Shown: piece by piece, positions 1 through 6,698 of the stretch
How the letters are laid out: each line of letters opens with the position of its first letter
Numbering within the stretch: position 1 is the first letter of the stretch
DNA from: Amoeboradix gromovi X-113
Taxonomy: Eukaryota; Fungi; Sanchytriomycota
Assembly (NCBI GenBank): GCA_018985225.1
Contig: JADGIF010000403.1
Coordinates: forward strand, 1 to 9,256
Direction of reading: 5' to 3'
DNA: 9,256 nucleotides
Translations under genes and position numbers: made by a program
The notes under the pieces: generated by a model
The model's input: only the letters and a program-made list of their open reading frames with translations
Told to the model about the DNA's origin: nothing
Databases searched by the model: none

Positions 1-178
1 GGTCTTCTAGTTTTATTTTGAAGAGGGGAATACAACCAATGAAAGAAAATTGGTATAATAGAAGATCTTTTATTAATGATAGCATTCCTTCGTATGGTGC
101 ACCTTTAAAAACGAGTTAGTCTAGTTTTTATATTTGGTGTCCCATTGATAACAATCGGATAAGTGCTTGTGAAACTCC

Positions 179-183
179 AAAAA
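179..183 (-). terminator. Pol III oligo-T terminator of tRNA-Thr
   Basis: A T5 run lies on the minus strand about 8 nt 3' of the tRNA discriminator base. Confidence 0.6.
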
Positions 184-190
184 CTTGAAA

Positions 191-263
191 TGCCTCCATG
201 CAGAGTTGAACTGCAGACCTCTGGTTTACAAGACCAGCGCTCTACCAACTGAGCTATAAAGGC
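191..263 (-). tRNA. tRNA-Thr(UGU), intronless, no encoded CCA
   Basis: The reverse complement GCCTTTATAGCTCAGTTGGTAGAGCGCTGGTCTTGTAAACCAGAGGTCTGCAGTTCAACTCTGCATGGAGGCA folds as a cloverleaf: acceptor GCCTTTA/TGGAGGC, D-arm GCTC/GAGC, anticodon stem CTGGT/ACCAG with loop CTTGTAA (anticodon TGT), T-arm TGCAG-TTCAACT-CTGCA. Confidence 0.97.
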
Positions 264-703
264 TTGCTAATATCGGTGTCATTACTATACTTGTTTAACA
301 ATAAAAAGTGCAAAAATGCTTTGTTTAATTATAGTGTCCGTAGCACATGTATGTTGCCTGATTCTTCCGATATATTTGAGAAGAATGGTGTTTGGTTTAA
401 AGCATACTTTGGGTTAGTACAGGTCTTCGCGGAACTGCCAGATTGGTATCAGTGTAACATTATCATCATGTTCAGCACGTATACTTTCCATTTTAAAAGT
501 CTGGATGTGGCACTGGGGAAGAGAGAAGAGGTTGTTTCCAAAAACTCTAATTTAAGCAGTTATTGAATTTGTAGAATAAATCATTTATTGAAATTTATTG
601 TATATTTTTATCTAATTGCATGACTTTTACATATTTCCCCAATACCTTAAACACAATATTCATCATTTTGAAAAATGATAAATGGAATGGATCTAATTCT
701 AAA

Positions 704-817
704 TATGTCAATTATATATAAATAACTAATAGGTACAGTATAAATTCATCAAAATTGAGGAACTGGTCCAAACATGGAACCGTTAGTTGTCTTCAAACCC
801 GTCCTCACAAGAGATTA
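704..817 (+). pseudogene. tnpA: IS607 TnpA (serine recombinase) N-terminal MerR-like HTH remnant
   Basis: Translates YVNYI*ITNRYSINSSKLRNWSKHGTVSCLQTRPHKRL, matching the IS607 TnpA N-terminal pattern (xxTLRNWxxxGxIxCxxTPxxKR). Contains an in-frame stop. Confidence 0.7.
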
Positions 818-823
818 ACTACA

Positions 824-1020
824 AATAAGCCTATTGACTATTTATATAATAATTCGTGTGCGATTGTTCTTACCACATGCGCAACAATGCGATATCCTAG
901 CTTATTATGCATGCACAAGGTGTGGTACTCTAAAGAAAACCAACTTAGAAACCTGAACCTTGTACCAACTGTCATTTGGATATCAATGGCAACCATATGG
1001 CAGCAATGAACATTTTCATC
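824..1020 (+). pseudogene. Fanzor2/TnpB remnant (RuvC-II-adjacent fragment, Zn finger, RuvC-III)
   Basis: Fragments across frameshifts: NKPIDYLYNNSCAIVL (resembles the helix/strand before RuvC-II), CTRCGTLKKTNLET, and CTNCHLDINGNHMAAMNI (degenerate CxxC..CxxC..DRDxxAAxNI). Confidence 0.8.
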
Positions 1021-1121
1021 CTTATTCAATCCCACTTCAGGGTGGTGAAAGCGTGAGTAATCGCTTTAACGGTTTTACTAGCATTGCTAGTTTCTCTGTT
1101 CAAATTTTGAGTTCAGATCAA
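1017..1121 (+). ncRNA. Candidate Fanzor omegaRNA scaffold, copy 1
   Basis: Conserved right-end block with hairpin GGTGA-AA-GC-GTGA-GT-AA-TCGCT (1044-1065) and ACTAGCATTGCTAGT (1077-1091). Its position at the 3' end of a TnpB/Fanzor ORF is where omegaRNA/reRNA is encoded. Confidence 0.5.
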
Positions 1122-1423
1122 TCCAAAGTCTTCTATAGCCCTCATGGAAACGATGGTAAGTATAACAGCAGCCAGCGGTTCCGTGGAAGTCCAAGCTTAC
1201 GCCAATGTGCCAACTGTGATGCAGTAGCCGGTAGAGAGTGAATGACTGTAACATCAATCTTCTGGCTACTGAGATTTTACAAAGCAGCGATACTACACTT
1301 GACTGCGAAAACAGAGGGTCGAGTAGCAATGAGCACTCGGTTAACGTATGGGTGCTAGAATCTGGAGATCTCTACGCTAGTAGATGCACTTTTTGAGACA
1401 ATTTGTTTTAGAAACTTTGTCCC

Positions 1424-2050
1424 ATGTCCAAGGTTTTAGTTCTAGGTGCTACGGGAGCTACAGGAAAAGCAGTGATAAACAAATTAAGTAAATTAGACTA
1501 TAAAGTGACTGCAGTTGCAAGAAAAGAGAGGCCAGAAGGGTTCAAGGGAACATGGTTACAGCAAAACCAACTGATACCTGTCCCTATAATTAAACCAGAT
1601 CACATATTGTGCTGTTTAGGGACTACAAGATACGCAGCAGGCTCTGCAGAAAATTTCATAAAGATTGATCATGATTTGGTGGTCGATTTAGCTAAGGAAT
1701 TTTATAAACAAAATCCTGATGCGACGTTCACATATGTTAGCAGCGATGGTGCGAACTCAGAGTCATTGTTTTTGTATTTGAAATCAAAAGGACAGACAGA
1801 GAATGATTTACTTGCTCTCAATTTTAGCAAGTGTTATATTTTAAGACCAAGACTGCTTCTACTTGACGGAATCAGACCTGAAGCCAGATGGATGGAGAAA
1901 ATTGTTACTGCAATAGTAAGGCTTATTCCGTTTAAGCAGATATTCTCTGTTCATGTTGATAAAATCGCAAATTTTATGGCGATGCTAATAAAAGATATGC
2001 CAAGTCAAGTTGTGTTTAGCAACAAAGAAATTAACGATTTTAGTAAATAG
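1424..2050 (+). CDS. NAD(P)-binding Rossmann-fold oxidoreductase, TIP30/HTATIP2/Fmp52 family
   Basis: N-terminal VLVLGATGATG, then CCLGTT, FIKIDHDLV, VSSxGAN, YLKSKGQTE (YxxxK) and ILRPRLL..R..R..E motifs typical of this family; 208 aa. Confidence 0.9.
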   Translation: MSKVLVLGATGATGKAVINKLSKLDYKVTAVARKERPEGFKGTWLQQNQLIPVPIIKPDHILCCLGTTRYAAGSAENFIKIDHDLVVDLAKEFYKQNPDATFTYVSSDGANSESLFLYLKSKGQTENDLLALNFSKCYILRPRLLLLDGIRPEARWMEKIVTAIVRLIPFKQIFSVHVDKIANFMAMLIKDMPSQVVFSNKEINDFSK

Positions 2051-2096
2051 CGACTTCCTCTTCAAATCTACATCTTTTCTGTTCTCAAACAAGAAT

Positions 2097-2690
2097 ATGG
2101 ATTGGTTTCATTGCAATATTTGTTCAGTAGCGCTTGATCTAGGTGGACCAGGGATGCCATCAGCAGGAACTTGTGGTCATATATACTGTTCCACTTGTTT
2201 ACCGCAAGTGGAAAGTAAATGTCCAATCTGTAAACAGGAAATTCAGGTAAATTGTTTATGGGATGACAAGGGAATAGTCAAGGAACTGGAATCATTCTTT
2301 ACTCCTTCCAACACTATAATGAGTCAGATGCAAATGTATATAAGGGCGCTTCAATATCAAATGAGGAACTACAGTTTAATTATTGAGAATCTAAGGCAAA
2401 AACAAAACCAAATGCAGACTGTGGTGTTGAAAGCCAAGCAGGAACTTGTAGATCGTAAAACCTTGCAAGCAGAAGTCATAAGACTTAGAAAGCAACTGCA
2501 CAGGCCAGAATTGAATCAAATCCATGAATCGCCATCAAGAGACTTCAAAAATGTGCAGCGCAGCGAGTTTTCAAGAAAAGATGTTGGCGTACCCATTTTT
2601 ATCGATAAAAACGATGATATGGAAAACTCAGAATTCCATTCTGTTATTAGCAGAACTAGCGCTAGATCAAAAAATCCTTTTTTTAAATAA
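2097..2690 (+). CDS. RNF212: Zip3/RNF212(B)-like meiotic RING E3 ligase (C3HC4 RING + coiled coil)
   Basis: The likely start is ATG 2097. MDWFHCNIC...TCGHIYCSTC...CPIC is followed by FFTP and a long coiled coil (ALQYQ...LQAEVIRLRKQL) and an S/R-rich tail. The MDWFHCN start and FFxxP match RNF212B/Zip3 proteins. Confidence 0.8.
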   Translation: MDWFHCNICSVALDLGGPGMPSAGTCGHIYCSTCLPQVESKCPICKQEIQVNCLWDDKGIVKELESFFTPSNTIMSQMQMYIRALQYQMRNYSLIIENLRQKQNQMQTVVLKAKQELVDRKTLQAEVIRLRKQLHRPELNQIHESPSRDFKNVQRSEFSRKDVGVPIFIDKNDDMENSEFHSVISRTSARSKNPFFK

Positions 2691-2740
2691 ATATCTTTTC
2701 CATGAAATTTGGCTAGTACAGCTTCGATTTTTACATATTT

Positions 2741-3118
2741 TTATACAGTATAAAGGTAATCTGCTAAGAGGAATGTGCAAATGAATAGTAATGCCTTATT
2801 TGATGTTAAAATGCCTATCAAAAAGGCACTAAACAGGTAGTCTGTATTTTTTACTGGGATCATTAAACTAGCACCAAGATCATCGTTAACAACAGTCAAC
2901 TCAAAAATACGTAATTCAATTAACAGCGGAGTCTCATCGTGGCCATCAGCTGAAAACGCGACCAAGATGTACCTAAACTGAAATGCTACAACTTCTTACC
3001 ATTTTCTTCGTGTGTAGTTTCTACTTCTAGGATTCAAATGTTGCATGAGCGAATTAATGAAAATTGTTCGTACAGAGAATTTTTTATAGAATTTTTTGCT
3101 ATAAATATTCAAGATCAT
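2741..3118 (-). CDS. Hypothetical small protein with a C-terminal hydrophobic segment; putative 27-nt intron at 2973-2999
   Basis: Removing GTAAGAAGTTGTAGCATTTCAGTTTAG (2999-2973, contains an in-frame TAA) joins an ATG-initiated frame (ATG 3118 or 3046; ..MQHLNPRSRNYTRRKW) to the ORF YILVAFSADGHDE...ALLFICTFLLADYLYTV. No family recognised. Confidence 0.3.
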
Positions 3119-3372
3119 AGCGAAAGAATGTGATAGAAAGGATTTACTGTGCTCGGTTTACTTTTAAGAAGACCAGGATTGATATATCTCGTGCGGTAAA
3201 CATAAGGGACACAATTTCAGCAGATTTCCCCAACTCTAAGTCTGAGGGCTTCCTGTAAAGAGGTCTCAGTCCAAAACATGCTATTGAGCCTTCTCTTAAT
3301 TTAAGAATGCACAGGCAGTATCTATTTCAAAATAGCTTGGCTGATTAGAACTTCAGAATATCTTGCAATATC

Positions 3373-3594
3373 TTAACCGTTAGAATTTACAGAGTAACTA
3401 GCAATTCTAGACGCTCCGTAACAGTGATTGCTCACGCTTTCACTACCCTGAGGCGGGATTGAATAAGGATGCAGATACTTGATGTATATGTTCCTTGCTA
3501 CCATATGATCTCTATCTATCTTCAAATGACAATTTGTACATGAATAGCTCTCCAAATTGGTTTTCTTTAGAGTGCCACATATTGTACATGGCAT
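3373..3594 (-). pseudogene. Fanzor2/TnpB C-terminal fragment (Zn ribbon + RuvC-III)
   Basis: CTICGTLKKTNLESYSCTNCHLKIDRDHMVARNIYIKY has a CxxC-x12-CxxC finger followed by the DRDxxxARNI RuvC-III motif of TnpB/Fanzor. RuvC-I and RuvC-II are absent. Confidence 0.88.
3378..3471 (-). ncRNA. Candidate Fanzor omegaRNA scaffold, copy 2
   Basis: AGTGA-AA-GC-GTGA-GC-AA-TCACT hairpin with a GNRA loop (3423-3444). The terminal hairpin seen in other copies is deleted here. Confidence 0.5.
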
Positions 3595-3804
3595 CGAATT
3601 TCCGTGTTTGGACCAGCTTATCAGTCCGAGACGAATGTATACTGCACCTGCTAGTTATTTCTTTAGATTACATTTACCATTTGCGAAAAGGAAGAATATC
3701 GAGTGTTTAAGTTATTAGAAAAATCTGGAAAAGTCTTGAAATTATACAAAAATGCATACAAATTCGCGATAAATGATTTATTCAAGAAAACAATCGAGCT
3801 GTTT
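3378..3804 (-). mobile_element. Non-autonomous IS607/Fanzor2-derived element, copy 2
   Basis: Left end TGTTTTCTTGAATAAATCATTTATCGCGAATTTGTATGC is nearly identical to copy 3. A TnpA-HTH remnant (3598-3667, SKEITSRCSIHSS/LISWSKHG) joins directly to the Fanzor C-terminus. The right end terminates ...TAACG. Confidence 0.9.
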
Positions 3805-4915
3805 ACTCAAATTTTATCTCAGAAGGACAAACATACCTAACATGGTTCTTCGAAAATGCCCATTTCTGGGTTCGTAGTTTTTTTGTAGAGTTCAGGAACA
3901 AGTTTTGCCAAAATACAGTTGCAAGTCTTCCTTGTGTTTCTTTGGTAGGATGAGAGCAATCAGACCTTGTAACTATAGAAGAATCATATTGATTCAAATC
4001 CATGTCTTCACTGCTTGGATCATATATAAGTTTAAAAGTACTGGGAGTACCAACCCAATTCGTTGTGCTAGCTGTGCTCCAACTTGTACCGTTGCGATAA
4101 CTTTCAACAATGTTTGATAAAATTTCGTTTTGCTTTTTTTGAAAATAAGGCATTCCTTTTCTTGTGCTATTTGAATTTTTCCCAAATGCACAGCTACAGT
4201 GCTTTCTGAAAAAGAATTGTCTCATCTTGTTATTTTTGCAGGCCCTGTGTTTTGAACTTAAGTCTACTAGATGGTCTATGTTCCATAAGCTAATAACATC
4301 AACAATGACATACTTCAATTCAGACCTCAGCTTATCGATTGCTCTTTTTACATGGTACTCAAATTTCTGAATTCCACTTTCTTTTCGTGAGCAATATCTA
4401 CACTGGTCATTTAGACCAATCCAGAGCGCAATAAACTTCCAGCTGTTTTCTAGTGTAGGCTGGTTCTCGTATAGCTTCTTGAATCTCCTTATAAGCTCAG
4501 ACGACTGATAATTCAGGTCACTTGCAAATGCACCTGTGGTAGCCATATTTAGTCCGTCTGACTCTAGAAACCTGTTAAATGGCCAAAGGCATAAAGCGCC
4601 GCTACATATATTTGCAGAATGCGATCCTGTACTTCCGCCCAACAAGTTAGGGTTAAATTTTTTAATGATGTTGAATACACTAATAGCATCAGAATCAGCT
4701 CCATTTATCGCAGTTACTCCTCTGTCTTCCACAAAATTAAAGTAATTTAAAAATGGCCAATTTGATGGCGATTGCCTCGATCCAAAGCCAGTCAATACGC
4801 TATCACCGAGTGACGCAACCATTGAGATATTTAGTGAACTGCTGCTACTCACATTTCCGCAATTCTCCAAGTTCATTACTTCTTTCAGTGCATACGCAAA
4901 CGAAGTTAACAACAT
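3803..4915 (-). CDS. Phospholipase B1-like SGNH/GDSL lipase, possibly secreted
   Basis: Block I SLGDSVLTGFG, EDRG..GAD, FNPNLLGGSTG, LNMATTGA, block III WKFIALWIGLNDQC, CSC, and block V DCSHP..Q..LA..FWQNL: the PLB1-like SGNH signature; 370 aa. Confidence 0.9.
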   Translation of the reverse strand: MLLTSFAYALKEVMNLENCGNVSSSSSLNISMVASLGDSVLTGFGSRQSPSNWPFLNYFNFVEDRGVTAINGADSDAISVFNIIKKFNPNLLGGSTGSHSANICSGALCLWPFNRFLESDGLNMATTGAFASDLNYQSSELIRRFKKLYENQPTLENSWKFIALWIGLNDQCRYCSRKESGIQKFEYHVKRAIDKLRSELKYVIVDVISLWNIDHLVDLSSKHRACKNNKMRQFFFRKHCSCAFGKNSNSTRKGMPYFQKKQNEILSNIVESYRNGTSWSTASTTNWVGTPSTFKLIYDPSSEDMDLNQYDSSIVTRSDCSHPTKETQGRLATVFWQNLFLNSTKKLRTQKWAFSKNHVRYVCPSEIKFE

Positions 4916-5236
4916 GGGGATACCCTTGCAACTGTGACCACAAAGAATTGTAAGTTGAGCACAACACTAGAAACGAGGTCAAACTCTTAGCAAGAGGTGT
5001 CCGAAAAAGTCTCTGCTTCAAAGTCCATTCTTGCTCTTTCGGCTTCGTATATGCTGAAGCACCCTTAGAGTCGGTTTCATTATGTATATAATTGTAGTGC
5101 TATATCTGAATGACGAAAATACGCTAGAAACTAGCTTTTCGAGCACCGGGCTTTCAATAAATTTTGGCATCACGGAAAAATTGCTCAAATACATGTTTAC
5201 TGATGATTTATTAAGCGTTTTACCTTGTGGTACAAT

Positions 5237-5321
5237 ACAATTTATATACAATTAAAGCTTTTCCTCTATCTCATCTCTCGATTAATCAAAAGACTGAAAC
5301 CTGCTGCAAATCGCTTCTCTT
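5237..5321 (+). repeat. 85-bp inverted repeat, arm A (partner 6596-6680)
   Basis: 78/85 identical, ungapped, to the reverse complement of 6596-6680 (manual alignment). Confidence 0.92.
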
Positions 5322-5679
5322 CTCGGTTCAGAGTTGATACTTAATGGCCAAATTTGTTTAAAAAAGATTTAATAGACAGTACACAACAAATCAAGTGTAA
5401 TGAAGTAGCACTACCCAAGGCATTTCGAGATAAATAAATTTTAATAAGATACGGTGAACCTAATGTAAAACTTGATCACTCATTGACAACCTATGACGTA
5501 TCGTGTTTTTACATAACCAAATATAAAAAAGCAAATTGAAACATGTTTTGTTGAGATAACTGTATTCAATACATAGCTGGTGATTCTTCAACTCTATAAC
5601 CAGACTGTTACCTTAAATTTCTTCACTAATTACTCTAGAATTTGTTTTGTGATCATCAAAATTAGTTTCACTAATATTA

Positions 5680-5806
5680 CTCCTCGTTAAAAGTCTTGAT
5701 TTCCGAGAAAATCGAGAATTTCCACAGAGAAACTAGCAGTGCTAGATGCTCCGTTACAGTGATTGCTCACGCTTGCACTACCCTGAGGCGGGATTGAATA
5801 AGGATG
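5680..5806 (-). ncRNA. Candidate Fanzor omegaRNA scaffold, copy 3
   Basis: Three hairpins: a GNRA-capped stem (5758-5779), CTAGC-ACT-GCTAG (5733-5745) and terminal TCTCGATTTT-CTCG-GAAATCAAGA (5694-5717). It overlaps the 3' end of the Fanzor ORF. Confidence 0.6.
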
Positions 5807-6004
5807 TATATATTTGATGTATATGTTCCTTGCTGCCATGTGGTCTCTATTTATCTCCAAATGACAGCTGGTACAAATGTAGGTTTGTTTAAGTTGGATT
5901 TCTTTTAAGTACCACACTCGTACATGTCTTACCAGTAAATTCTCCATTACATTCAACCATCGTCTTCCTCTTTGTTTACACTTGAACTTCAAGCGTTCTT
6001 TGAA
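5687..6004 (-). pseudogene. Fanzor2/TnpB C-terminal third, frameshifted
   Basis: FKERLKFKCKQRGRRWLNVMEN/TGKTCT/(CG).../TYICTSCHLEINRDHMAARNIYIKY: the FxxRLxxKC helix, the ExxTxKTC motif, the Zn finger and the RuvC-III RDxxAARNI motif. Confidence 0.9.
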
Positions 6005-6126
6005 TAAATTGTAGAGAAATCGCTTCTTGGCGTTGAAAAACGTCTAATTGTTCCATTTTTGGACCAGTTCCTCACTGCTGATGAATGTATGCTTTACCTG
6101 TTAGTAATTTCTTTAGATTTGACATG
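6005..6126 (-). pseudogene. tnpA: IS607 TnpA N-terminal MerR-like HTH remnant
   Basis: HVKSKEITNR*SIHSSAVRNWSKNGTIRRFSTP/KRFLYNL, with one stop and one frameshift; homologous to the copy 1 and copy 2 remnants. Confidence 0.72.
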
Positions 6127-6595
6127 TTCGGGATTACATCGATTGATTTCATTTAATATTAGTGAAAAGGAAGAATATCGAGTATTCAAGCCGTTGGAAA
6201 AGTCATGAAATTATGCAAAAAATGCATACAAATTCCCGATAAATGATTTATTCAAGAAAACAGTAATACTGTTTTTGACCCAAATGCAGTAGCTAAATAA
6301 AGAATAATAGTAGAATGGGTTGCAGGTGATAAAGTACGGGTGCCTTTGTAAAAGCTATTCAGTCTATTTTTACAGTGTCTCAAAAGTACCTATGCATTAG
6401 TAAGAAATGGCCACTGTTCTTACTCTCAAAAGTCCCAGAATCCAAGATATGTTTATCTGTTGCTAAAAAGGTAGCTCTAACAGCACTCAACACGTGGGTC
6501 TACTTCAACGACGCCAGAGGACACAGTCGTGCAGCTGAATATCTAGATACCTGCTTGGACAATTGCAGTGATGTTTGGACTCCGCCACCAACTGA

Positions 6596-6680
6596 AAGAG
6601 AAGCGATTTGGAGCAGGTTTCAGTCTTTTGATTATTCGAGAGATGGGATACAAGAAAAGCTTTAATTGTCTATAAATCGT
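6596..6680 (-). repeat. 85-bp inverted repeat, arm B (partner 5237-5321)
   Basis: The reverse complement matches 5237-5321 with 7 mismatches. Confidence 0.92.
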
Positions 6681-6698
6681 GGAGTAAATTTATCCAAT

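Larger units (their letters stand above)
554..1121 (+). mobile_element. Non-autonomous IS607/Fanzor2-derived element, copy 1 (most diverged of the long copies)
   Basis: Aligns by eye to the reverse complements of 3378-3804 and 5680-6275: left end GAATAAATCATTTAT...CATGACTTTT, TnpA-HTH remnant, Fanzor remnant, and right-end block CATCCTTATTCAATCCC..TCAGGGT.GTGAAAGCGTGAG. Exact ends are approximate. Confidence 0.85.
5680..6275 (-). mobile_element. Non-autonomous IS607/Fanzor2-derived element, copy 3 (longest, best preserved)
   Basis: Left end with palindrome AAAACAGTA-x-TACTGTTTT (6257-6275), TnpA-HTH remnant (6005-6126), Fanzor C-terminus (5687-6004), and a full right end ending TTTTAACGAGGAG, which is shared with copy 5. 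Confidence 0.92.

Noticed and set aside
264-566. 100-aa + strand ORF
   Set aside because: Non-ATG start abutting the tRNA, no recognisable motif, and it ends inside the element's left end.
1154-1163. ATACTTACC on the minus strand (U1 snRNA 5' end) / GGTAAGTAT splice donor on the plus strand
   Set aside because: No U1 stem-loop I/II motifs or Sm site follow. The downstream oxidoreductase already has a complete N-terminus, so no upstream exon is needed.
755-1241. ORFs 755-1009, 838-1035 and 960-1241 as real genes
   Set aside because: They are frameshifted pieces or antisense shadows of the TnpA/Fanzor relic in copy 1.
2010-2096. N-terminal extension of the RING ORF given in the ORF track
   Set aside because: Non-ATG start overlapping the upstream gene; family similarity begins at MDWFHC (2097).
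3905-4953. Short ORFs overlapping the lipase gene (also 2524-2784, 3495-3710 and 8197-8556)
   Set aside because: Antisense or alternate-frame shadows of well-supported features.
5018-5251. 77-aa minus-strand ORF
   Set aside because: Non-ATG start and no recognisable motif.
6098-6106. TACTAACAG (branch point + AG) on the minus strand inside copy 3, suggesting an intron
   Set aside because: Better explained as TnpA codons (I-T-N-R), and not conserved as TACTAAC in copies 1 and 2.
6375-6665. 96-aa + strand ORF
   Set aside because: GTG start with no in-frame ATG and no recognisable domain. Its 3' end is a repeat whose other copy has a stop in this frame. At most a decayed fragment.
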